Assembly: GCA_002104905.1 (NCBI GenBank)
Contig: MCFE01000095.1
Location: forward strand, 1 to 64,000
Reading direction: 5' to 3'
From: Basidiobolus meristosporus CBS 931.73
Taxonomy: Eukaryota > Fungi > Basidiobolomycota
Length of the DNA stretch: 64,000 nucleotides
In this document: positions 38,621 to 49,138 of the stretch, in pieces
How positions within the stretch are numbered: position 1 is the stretch's first letter
Layout of the letters: every line of letters begins with the position of its first letter
The notes under the pieces: generated by a model
What the model saw: the letters and a program-made list of their open reading frames with translations, nothing else
What the model was told of the DNA's origin: nothing
Database searches by the model: none
Translations under genes and position numbers: made by a program

Positions 38621-40640
38621 ATGGATCACCCAGATCAAAAGACCAAGGCTTCTTCGAAGCCAGAAACCGAGTATGCTGCGCCAAAACATCCACCCAACTC
38701 TCACAACTTCGTCCCACTGCCACAAAAAAAGAAAAAGAGTGGCAAAAACAAGGCCAACCAAGCCCCGAAGCCGCTGAATCGTCGACAAAAGATTGAGAAA
38801 TCCAATCTAGAGCTCAAGCGTCAAATGGAAATAACGATCATGCATTGGCAAGAGAAGTTGTTCGCCCCGGGAGTCAACCCTGAGTTACTTGCTGAAGCGG
38901 TAGGAAGTCCTGTTTGGGTTTTCTTGGAACTAGTTTCTTGCCTGCGAGTCAAGTGGTTTAACATCCCTTTTGGAAAAGGCTAGATTCTTCCGGCCTGTCC
39001 ATTTCGAAGAGATCGTTGAGGAGAGGAATTCGGAGTTTCTTTGCGGATATCCTCTATGCTCACAGCCTTGCCAGGTGAATTTTCCCCATCCGCAGTAATT
39101 CCTTCATGGGGATTTGCTCACACTTTTGTAGGATATCAAAGGGAAATATCATATCTCGTTAGAGGAACGTAAGCTGTATGATATGACGGAGTTGAGATCT
39201 TATTGCAGCGGTCTGTGCATGACCGCAGCCAAATTCTATCTCTCGCAGTTGTCAGATGAGGCGGTTTATTTGAGGGATTTGGAGAGGTATCGGGTGTCAT
39301 TGATATCCATAGGAACAACCAGGCACTGAACCTATTTCTGATTTATTACAGCTGGGGAAATGTCAAGGTAATTCCTTTGGGACATGATGCAAGGTACGGA
39401 CTGTTTCCTTTGGTCGCATGGGTTAAGTCTTTGTTGTTGAAAATACCTTTGTTGTAGCTCCGTCAACCTTCCACAGAGAATGAGCGAGGGCTTGGGGCAA
39501 GAGTTACTGTCGAATTATGTGAAAAGTATGATCGGAACACTTCAACTGCCTCAGGATGGCCTTGTGATCAAGGAAAACAATCCATCCGAGCAAGAGAAGA
39601 ATCTCCTGGCTCAAAATTTACACCTGAATGGAGCAAATTTTGATGCTGTGGACGGCTTTTCTATTCAGACAACCGGAGACAGACAGACTCCCTCGACCGA
39701 TATTCTTCCTAAGGCGAAGGCTTCCGTTTCCATTGACCCTGATGTGACTGAGCACAACACAAGTATCGATAGCTTCTTCGAGCAAGCTGACTTGGCCCGA
39801 CAACTCGCAGAAATGGAATTAAACGACAATACAAATGTAGAGCAAAGTAGGTGAAGCGTTATATAGAAGGTTTTTGCTGATTCTCACCCCTGCTTGTCGT
39901 TACTAGAATCCACATCGAGAAAGCCCAAGAAATCCAGCAAGGCAAAGAAACCCAAACCTACAATGCAGCTCTCCCTGTTCGGAAAACTGTGGACATTTTT
40001 GGACAAATGCGTCACAACAGACACTCGCCAATACATGAAGAGTTTGAGAACTGAAGTGCCATTTTCGATGTGCAATCTGGTTGCCGATACCGACGAAGAA
40101 CATCGCAATCTACTCCGACAAAACATGTTGAGCGAGAAGATGATCTCCACGTAAGTTGCGACTATTTGAATGGTTAAAGTGGCCACTGTTTCTTACCTTC
40201 GCCTTCGACTGCGATGCAAACGCCAGACTCTCGGCACTCCGTGCAGGTAAGTGATGCATCTTCATCATCACCCGATTTCGTTTAATTAACCGGGATTCAA
40301 TAGAATATCGTATAACCACCATCGTTGAAAACGAGCTCATTGGGCTCGTGGGGACGCTCGTTCTCGACGAATCAATGGTTGTATTAGATCCGGCTGAGGA
40401 TATACTTCTCTGCACAATCTTTTTGGATGCGTAAGTTATACTTCATTATGGATCCTCAATTGCACCAACTAATCGTCCGTTGCCATCAGAATCTCAAGAT
40501 ATTTCCCCTCACTCGATCGCGAGATGACGGAGGCCTCGTCGAGCATCTTTGGGTTGCTCGAGCCGCTCGGCGTCAACCGAGACAAACTGAATATCTTGAC
40601 GCAGATGATCACCGGAGAAGAGGTCAAGTTGAATAAGTGA
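38621..40640 (+). CDS. RTR1: RNA polymerase II CTD phosphatase Rtr1/RPAP2 (multi-exon)
   Basis: FEEIVEERNSEFLCGYPLC, KGKYHISL, YCSGLC zinc-binding motifs; exact 3' exon boundaries approximate. Confidence 0.88.
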
Positions 40641-41217
40641 ATCGTTGTATTATAATAAATTCGTGTCGCGAATCGATTTGGTTTGACTGGCCAACACGCA
40701 AGACGTTAAGCTACCAAGTAGTTGGTTTCTTGTGGGAGGGGAGGGTACTGTTGAGCTGGATGTCCGTTCACAAGAATTGCCTTGGTTATCTGATCCCAAA
40801 GGCTACGGCTTCTCTGGAATTGAACGATTATTCTGCTTGGTGGGGAGCAGTTATCCAGCCGGTAACACTAGTGTTGGCTCGAGCAAAAACGGTTCTGAAG
40901 GCAAATGCTTGGTGTCGGGATAAGCCCAACATCAATTTCAAGGACATAGAGTGGACGCAGTGCAGTCTACTTCCTATTGAAAGATACACAGTGAAGGGAC
41001 ATCGTTTATTGGAACGATTCATTTGGACAACCCATGCAAGCAAGTGTGTTCAATGATGCTGCATGGAGATTTGGATGTTTTGTCGGGGAATTAAGGAGCA
41101 CGCCACATATGGACAGTGTCCGGGAATTGAGGGATCTATCGGATGGCTTGGAATAATGGACTACGGAATAATGAAATATCTATATCTAGGGTGTTCGGGG
41201 GTATATTATGCTGCGGT

Positions 41218-42315
41218 CTATCGGACAATGGCTAAAAACGCTTCCATCGTGTAGTGGGCATCATTTCCTGGGGAGGTAGAGGTGTGAATAAACCGCAGTG
41301 ATCCTTAGGCAGTAACGACCCACTTACCGGCATTGTGTAAATACTTGTGCTCAATTCCAAACTCACTCAAGATACTGGAGAGTTTTCGCTTCTGCTCAAC
41401 CTTGGTTAGCGCCATGTAGAGACTAGATGTATCAAAAGTTTCGATGGGGTCGGACAGCTTGGCGCCCATGTTCCTTAAATACTGCAGGTCGTTCTTCACA
41501 TCATGGCCAACCAGGATGGGTGGAGAGCTCATTTCCCAATCCGCCTGCAGCTGGCTCACGGTATTCAGCAACGAGGTGCACACTGATTTTCCAAACGCAA
41601 ACCGATCCTTGTTGTCGGCCACGTATTTTCCATTGCGTAGGTGATAGTTCTCCTTTACAATATAATGCTTATCCACGAACAGCCCCTTGACCGGGTTGTA
41701 TATGGTCCAACCAACCTCGGTGATAAACGTGTGATTCGCTTCGTAAGACTCGATGTCGATCGCGAAAAAGATGTATTTCTTTTGGGCCACGAACTTTCGA
41801 GCCTGTCTTAGAGAATGTAGAGTGAGGCGTTCCCGCTCTTTTCTTTCGACCATCTTCTTGTGTCTTGTGAGGTCCTTCAGTACGCGATAGTAGGTGGGGC
41901 GGCTGTCAATTTCGATCTTTTCCACGTCTTTCCACGCTTCCATCAACCGGACCGGCGGTAGCACTCTATCTATCAAGGACTCTATCTCCTTCTTCAATCT
42001 CAAATACGTAGGGGTAGATATAAGTATATACCGCAGAGAATCTTTCCGGCTGGTGCCTGGTTGAGAAAACAAAACGCTAGTTGTTAGGGTGATTCCGGTC
42101 AAAACAATGGAAACAACTGTTCGCATACCCAAGTAGAAGGTTCCAAAGGCTCCATTGGTATAGAATTCGGGGATCTTGAGTCGTTGCACCACCACTTTCT
42201 TGGCAGTGGTATCTGCTTTGAAGGCTCTGGACCATGTGCTTTCCAGGAAATCTAGTCTGTAGAGCACCGGCTCATCCTCTGTCTCGCTATCGCTAAGGAA
42301 CGCTCTTGCCAACAT
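41218..42315 (-). CDS. Gfd2/YDR514C/QIP-like DEDDh 3'-5' exonuclease (2 exons)
   Basis: ExoI FFAIDIES, ITEVGW, HYIVKEN..LRNGKYV, ExoII LVGHDVKNDLQYL, DTSSLY, ExoIII LHNAG|NDAHYTMEAF. Confidence 0.88.
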
Positions 42316-42557
42316 GGTGGTGACAGCCTTCACTCAAGACAAGAGTAGGTGTGGGACATGGTAAATTCATTTTTATCTGATACTCCCGCGCGTAAACGTG
42401 TATAAAAAAATCGACTGGATTTTTCTTTTTGCTTTCAGTGTGGTTATATTATGACGATTGATCTGAAAAAAAATAGTGTTACGCGATTTAAATCGTCCAC
42501 TACAGTAACCAGCTTGTATATCGCCTTCGAAACACCCATTTTCTCTTGCGTTCCCCT

Positions 42558-43001
42558 ATGGATCTCGAAGCGAACACGAGAAGGGACAGACTTGCCAAGC
42601 TCGAACAGGAGGTAGGCTGAATTCTCCATGCTTCCGGGCTCGTTTCTAACCGACTTGTATCGTTTCAGCTTCAGGAGATCAACATCCTGAATGGCGAACT
42701 TTCTACCTTGAGACCCAAAAGTGTGAGTATACCTTAGCTTGCTTCAGCCCTCCTCTCACTGGGATATTAACTCTCAGGTAGCGTGTGTATGAGAAATGGT
42801 CTTCCACAAGCAACCTTTACTTCTTGGCAGACAAACGAGCCAACGTCACCTCAAACAAGAAAAGTTAGTAGCCAGTTGTGTTGTTCTTTTGGCTGGGGAT
42901 TTGTGCGTTGACTGTTGCTGTTTCTGTTAGAGCAAGAGATACAATTGACCAACCAGATAAAACAATTGAAGGAAGACATAGCCAAGCTGGAAAAACACTG
43001 A
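42558..43001 (+). CDS. ASDURF: ASDURF-like beta-prefoldin microprotein, 86 aa, 4 exons (42558-42611, 42669-42722, 42782-42863, 42931-43001)
   Basis: Spliced product MDLEANTRRDRLAKLEQELQEINILNGELSTLRPKSRVYEKWSSTSNLYFLADKRANVTSNKKKQEIQLTNQIKQLKEDIAKLEKH. All introns GT-AG. Core resembles recalled human ASDURF [27 protein letters not shown]. Confidence 0.78.
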
Positions 43002-43334
43002 TGCGCTCCGGACGATTCCTCTGGCTCACATCGCTTACTGAAAGCACTCTGTACTCTATAGCCCCTTCTAACCAAGCATGCTCCCCTACAAAGAAGTGAC
43101 ACTAGCGTAGTGAATGGCTGCACCGTGCCCCTTTCCCAACTGAATAAGATGGTTTTTGCCCAGAAAATCTAGTAAAAAGTAGAGCCCAGCTTCCCAGTGT
43201 TTGCGTTTGTGTCGGTCAATCGGGTGTGCATGACACTGTGGTGCGGTCCAAAAGCCCGTACAACGGAAATCCTCGCAAAATGAAAGATGAAGAATGGTTT
43301 ATTAATGAGCAAATCGAGCCAGTATCTGGAGCAT

Positions 43335-43904
43335 TTATTCATCCTTAACAATGTTGCCCTTCTCGGAAACATAGATACCATCCAGGAACTTACGGATATC
43401 CTTGTTCTTGGCAAGGGTGGATTGCTGGATGGAGGCGGCGGATTGGGAAACGTTCTCCAGCGAGTTACCACTGAGGATGATCTCATCCTTTTGGCTCTCA
43501 GAGTGCTTGATGGTGACTCCCTCCAACATGGGCACACGGCGAATGACCTTCTCACCCAAGAAGTTACGGATCTCGACAATCTTGCTGTCATCGGAAATGT
43601 TGACGTTGATGGGGAAATGGGCATATACGAAGCGCATCTTGTATTCGAAGCCCTTGGTGACACCGGTGATCATGTTCTTGATGAGGGAGGAGATGGTACG
43701 AAGGCAGGCAACGTGTTTACGAGCACCGTGCCAGACCACCAAGCGGACCTTTTTGGCGCTAATCTTTTTGATATCCATGTTAACGTGGTGGAAATCCTTG
43801 GAAAGGGTGCCACGGGGTCCCTTAACACGGACAACACGAGACTTGATATCTACAGTCACTCCCTCGGGGATGGTAAGCTCTTCCTCCTTGTAAATATCCT
43901 TCAT
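43335..43904 (-). CDS. RPL9: 60S ribosomal protein L9 (uL6)
   Basis: [58 protein letters not shown]. Confidence 0.98.
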   Translation of the reverse strand: MKDIYKEEELTIPEGVTVDIKSRVVRVKGPRGTLSKDFHHVNMDIKKISAKKVRLVVWHGARKHVACLRTISSLIKNMITGVTKGFEYKMRFVYAHFPINVNISDDSKIVEIRNFLGEKVIRRVPMLEGVTIKHSESQKDEIILSGNSLENVSQSAASIQQSTLAKNKDIRKFLDGIYVSEKGNIVKDE

Positions 43905-44793
43905 GTTTAGCCCAAATTAACCTGGAATCACGAACACGCATTAATGGCTGCCACAAGACACATACTCGAACGATAGATGGATACTGACCAAATGGATGGA
44001 AATGGATGAGATTAGGTAAAAGAAAGAGCTGCCCACCATCTGGACATCATTTGTACCAGATGGCCCACTGCTGGGCAAAAAATTCATGCTCCAGGATGGT
44101 GATTGGAAAATTTTCGGGCCATCCGTTCAATGGTTGGGAATGCGCACCATTCTGATTGGGATCGATCTTTTTTCACCTGGGCGCCTCGTGACTTGACGGC
44201 ACCAATCCGTCCTGGACCGTCAGCATGGATCCCTTGGCTGCTTTATGCTGTGCTGGCCAATGCGAGGAGGTCCCCGATATACCCAGCGGTTTCTTCCGCA
44301 AAGAGCACCGGAGAAGGTGGGTACTACGGAAAGCGCCAGGTTCGGATTCCTGCGCTCATCAACAGTGCGAAGGAATGCCGGAGATTCCGTCTCGAGATTC
44401 ATTGAATCTGCCTCTTTCTTCAAAATATCCCGGGTTTCCTTTACGCCTCGCAAAACCTATCCCGCAGAAGTGGATTCAGGGCTCTTAGCCTTCTCGAACG
44501 AACTCTATTTATTTACATATGCTCAGCAACTAGTGAAATACGCAAACGTCGTTCACGCAACACCACCTGGATGGTTGGATCGCGTGGCCAGAAACGAGGG
44601 GGGCAGTCAGCAGATAACCAACCCCCGGGGATATTAGAGATTAGGCAGTGACGGTGTCCAGGAGGAATACCGAGTAAAATTACATATGCAAGTGGTGGAT
44701 TACATTGGGGTGCACGATGGTTGCTGAATCGCCCAGGGATTCCATCGGGTATGGAGCTAAAGGTATGTACAGGTGAGGAAGATGACTGCCGCT

Positions 44794-45519
44794 TCAACCT
44801 TGAGTGACTCGTGCCAGGGTGGCAAGCGAGGCCAGCAACGAGAGCCCCGAGAGTGAGCTCAAATTGCCATACTGTGAGACCCGTTGGAGGTAATGCAATT
44901 TTTCGAGATGTGATCTTGGTCGCTTGCGATCCATCTTGGGCTGTCTCCAGCTGCTGCCGAGCCATCTTACCCACAGGAAGAAGTCCGCAGAGGTGATTCC
45001 AAGATCGTATCTAAACTGCCTCAGAAGCCAGCGCTCCATTTCCGACAACTCGGCTACTGTAATGCCCACCCTGGCCGACCACTCGGAGTTTCGAGTATTG
45101 CCGTCCAGGTGGTACTTGGTGGCCAGAAGGAGGCATGAAACAAACAATCGGGTCACGTGGTCAGGGTTGAGGGAGGAGTGGTTGAAGGAAGCGCGAAGTC
45201 GATGCATGTACTTGAGAGCTAGGATAATTACAATGGTGGGTGACTCTAGGCTTAGCAAGATGTTGGTGAAGGTCTCCTTTAGTTGGGAAGAGGAATGCAT
45301 GGGGATGGGGCCACTGGGGCTGTCGCTGAAGCTGGTGGACCAAAGGTAAGAGACCACGTTCGCCGCATATTCCGCCATCCTAAGTGTCGAGAGATCGGGG
45401 AAGTGTTGGAGGAGGAACTGGCGAGAGTCGAAGCTCGTCAGCGTGGGTCCAGGATTCCCTTGCTGCAAGGATGGCGGCGGGGTGGCTGGAATAAATATGG
45501 TATTGAATGAGGTGGCCAT
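44794..45519 (-). CDS. Pho85-type (Pcl/Clg1-like) cyclin-box protein
   Basis: IILALKYMHRL, RLFVSCLLLATKYHLD, NSEWS, ELSEMERWLL..F.YDL cyclin_N pattern. Confidence 0.8.
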   Translation of the reverse strand: MATSFNTIFIPATPPPSLQQGNPGPTLTSFDSRQFLLQHFPDLSTLRMAEYAANVVSYLWSTSFSDSPSGPIPMHSSSQLKETFTNILLSLESPTIVIILALKYMHRLRASFNHSSLNPDHVTRLFVSCLLLATKYHLDGNTRNSEWSARVGITVAELSEMERWLLRQFRYDLGITSADFFLWVRWLGSSWRQPKMDRKRPRSHLEKLHYLQRVSQYGNLSSLSGLSLLASLATLARVTQG

Positions 45520-47212
45520 CTTGACGGTAAAAGGAAAACGGACAATGAGTGTAAATTTTCCCCTCCCGTGGCCGCACGTTTTTATAGAAATCCTTCATGC
45601 GCCATTATCTCATTTGTTGCATTCCTTAATCATCCGAACCCGTGTTCACCCACGTCTTTGCGGAATACAGATAAGGTTACAGACCCCCAATCAAGTTCGG
45701 TTGGGATCAACCGACTTCAGCCTCACTCTCCAGATTTCTGCGCTTATTATAGATTCAGTCTCGTCTTCATGGTAGTTCATGCTGTTCGTACCTCATTCTG
45801 AAGCGGATGATTCCGACGGTAGTCTAGTACCTCCATTGAGGCCTCATATGAATGGTCGATTCCACTCAGTCCGTATCAATCCGAGATAATCAGCTCGGAT
45901 AAATCCAAATTTTGTCATCAGCAGAGGTGTCAGTGGTTCCAGTGCCCTAACCCACCTTAATCCCCGGCTCTGCCCGTTTATCCTTGGATTTATCTCTGGT
46001 CCACAGGGACTGGATCCATCCCATGCCTCGAATCATCACCCTCGTCCTCCATCCACCCTTGGCCCTGTAGGTGGAAACGCTGGGTAGATGGCGGCTCTAC
46101 AAGACGCTTTGGAATTCCAATTCGATGGACTCTCCCGCGTGGCTTGGTGTGCACGGAATCTCCCATATTATCCCAACCTAGGGTAAAGGCTGATAGGAAG
46201 TCTTGATGTGACATTAACACCACCTGACTCCTTTCTCTAGACTCGTTATGCCGTCAATCACCAATAGGCAGGTGGGCGAATGCTTGGATGAAGCTTGCCA
46301 ATTGGCCTTCATCAACTCCGCTCTCTTGATTACCTGCTGGCTCTCGTAGCTCCCATCTGCTCTCAAATGTTTCCAATGCCTGGTGACGAATGATCCCGCT
46401 GGCATTGCGCACATCCGAAGGCCATCTATGCGTATTGGCTGGATCCATCCCATCATCGAAATTCGATTTTCAATTATCTCTTCCAACCTCAGAATCCGCA
46501 AGCCTCCCTCGGGTGACCCTGGGGGATCTGTGGATCGATAGACCACAATTAGAGAGGAGTTGGAGTGACAAAAGCAATTGCCCTTGTTTCTTAAGCCCCA
46601 AAGGGTTGCCATCGGGTGGGGAATGATTGAGCTCACCACGCGAGGTACTGAAAACAGGCCCCCCTCGTCCAGGCTGTTTGTAGGTGAATCGTGATTCCCA
46701 AGTTGGCCCAGTGGTAGGAAATCCCACTAATGATCAGTGGGTTGAGCTATCCTTGAAATTGGAGGTTGCTGGGTTTGGTCGGACTGGTGCCGGGTGGCCA
46801 ACTATTCTCCATTGAAGATTCAAATTTGGATTTTTCTTGGAATTGTCAATGGTCACAACTAGCTTGTGATGGCATTCCACCCTACATACGGCCAGAGATT
46901 TTGTATTGCTGATAATTTCTCTTCAGAATTCAAGTGGTTAGACTGCATACTTGATACAGTGATAGTATGTATGAGGACCAACATATTCCATGCAGTGCTA
47001 TGTGTAGATATAGTATGTGCCTTCATCAAATGGTGAATTTAGTTTAAGTATGGTTGTTGTTGATTTTCATTATGTTCTGTTTGAATCCATTAGTAACACA
47101 TTGCTAATTCTCACAGAAGTAGCTGATTACTCAGAGTAGTTGATGGAGGGGCAGCCTTAATAGTACTCACAATAAATATAATCAGATTGGTTAAGCCACA
47201 TCATAACTAAAT

Positions 47213-47558
47213 TGTTGTAAGAGTCTTGGAGATATTGAAAGTGATTGTGACAAGTAAATTATGTGGTTTTCACTTAATGATTTATTGAATGTAAAAGTAG
47301 TATTTATACTTTTACATGGTCTTGGCATTTCAAACACATAGAAAAGGTTAAGGAAGGTTCCAAGAACATGTGTGCAAAGTTTGGGCTGTTTGGACAATTT
47401 ATCTAATTTTCATGTTCTGGGTACCTGATATTTTGGTGAAAGGATTCTAAGTAAGTCCCAACAAGAAATTTGGCCAGTGTTCTCTATGACTTGAAGGTAA
47501 TGATCTAAAGTGACTAAGTTAGTTGAATGTTTAGGTGGAGCTCTGAACTTTTACAACA
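47213..47558 (-). repeat. Solo copia LTR with 5-bp TSD (TAAAT/CAAAT)
   Basis: TGTTGTAA...TTACAACA; flanks 47208-47212 taaat and 47559-47563 caaat (one C>T difference). Confidence 0.9.
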
Positions 47559-47836
47559 CAAATATCAACTTTGAACTGAAACTAACACAAAAATTATCTT
47601 GGACTTGTTCTATAATGCCATTAATCATAGTGCCAGATGGTGTTGTATATTTTGTTGTTGAATTCAGAAATCTCAGTCATGTCCATTGTAAGTTTTTAAT
47701 TACACCTGCATGTTCCATAAGCTTAGTCACTTGAAACACGGTCCACAAATCTTAGAGTACTTCCCCAAATTACTTATTGCAGATGCTTGCTGTGCTTGGA
47801 CTATGCAATAATATAAAAGCCACTTTACATTCTATT

Positions 47837-48184
47837 TGTTGTAAAAGTTTGTAATTCAATCTAAATATTCTCCTAACTTGGTCACTTAGATCATTGCCTT
47901 TAAATCCTAGAGAATACTGAACAAATTCCTTGTTGGGATTTACTTGGAATATTTTCACAAAAATACCCAGTACCCAGAGCATGAGAATTCTCAGAGTTGT
48001 TCAAACAGCCCCAAACTTTGCATAGATGTTTTGAGGACCTTCTTAAGCCTATTCTATGTGTTTGTTATGCCAAGACCATGTAAAAGTATAAATACTACTT
48101 TTATAGGCAATAAATCATTTAGTGAAAACCACATAATCTACTTGTCCTCCAAATCACTTCCAATATCTCCAAGACTCTTACAAC
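47837..48184 (+). repeat. Copia LTR (left arm of an inverted LTR pair)
   Basis: TGTTGTAA start, ...CTCTTACAAC end; homologous to the family LTR. Confidence 0.9.
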
Positions 48185-48186
48185 TT

Positions 48187-49010
48187 AGAGTAGGCTTAAG
48201 AAGGTCCTCAAAACATCTATGCAAAGTTTGGGGCTGTTTGAACAACTTTGAGAATTCTCATGCTCTGGGTACTGGGTATTTTTGTGAAAATATTCCAAGT
48301 AAATCCCAACAAGGAATTTGTTCAGTATTCTCTAGGATTTGAAGGTAATGATCTAGGTGACTAAGCTAGGTGAATATTTAGGTGGAATTACAAATTCTTA
48401 CAACACTCCCACTCAGCTAAATGCTCATACTGATTAGTCCTATTTTGACCTAAGATATTCAAGCTTGTCTCTAGCTAATGGCTTGGTAAATATGTCTGCA
48501 ATTATTTCATCTGAGGGACAGTGAACTAAGCTAACTGAGTTATTCTCTATAGCATCACATATGATATGATGTCTAATATCTATATGCTTATTTCAAGCAT
48601 GAAAATTTGGATTTCTACCTAATTGTGTACATCCTTAATTATCTTGAAATGATGTAATAGGCATTTTTTGACATAGGCCTATATCTGTAAAAAGCTTTCT
48701 TAACCACATTGATTCTTTTGTAGCCTCACTGGCTGCCATATACTCTGACTGACAACTCCCACTGAATATGAGATATCTGGACATGTTCCAAGCATGTTAT
48801 ACATCAGACTGCAGACCATAGATTGATAAGGAAAGTCAGGGCTTTCAGATGACACCAAGCTCTCTTGATTTGGTGAAGTTTTGGCCAAGTTAAGGTTTGT
48901 CTCCATTGGGGCAACTACTGGTCTACAGTCTTCCATTAGGTACCTCTTTAGTATATCTTGAATATACTTGGATTGGCTTAGGGTAATAGTGCAGGTACTT
49001 CTGTCTATGC
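48187..49010 (-). mobile_element. Internally deleted copia 3' end (RT/RNase H remnants, PPT, partial 3' LTR 48187-48405)
   Basis: CRPVVAPMETNL, YQSMVCSLMY, PDISYSVGVV; PPT gagtgggag at 48406-48414. Confidence 0.88.
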
Positions 49011-49138
49011 AGAGGAAGCCTCAAAGTACCAGAAGAAAGAACAAAGTGCTTTAAGCTGCATTTGCTTTAATGTTAGTGACAATTTGCTAATTCAATGCTC
49101 AAGAGTAAAAACGCCAAAGAATTCCTGGCAGGCATTAG
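49011..49138 (+). mobile_element. Older copia gag fragment (left piece of a copy interrupted at ...GGC-ATTAG)
   Basis: Matches gag (EEA.KYQKKEQSA...KN.WQAL) and stops at the LTR junction at 49139. Confidence 0.8.
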
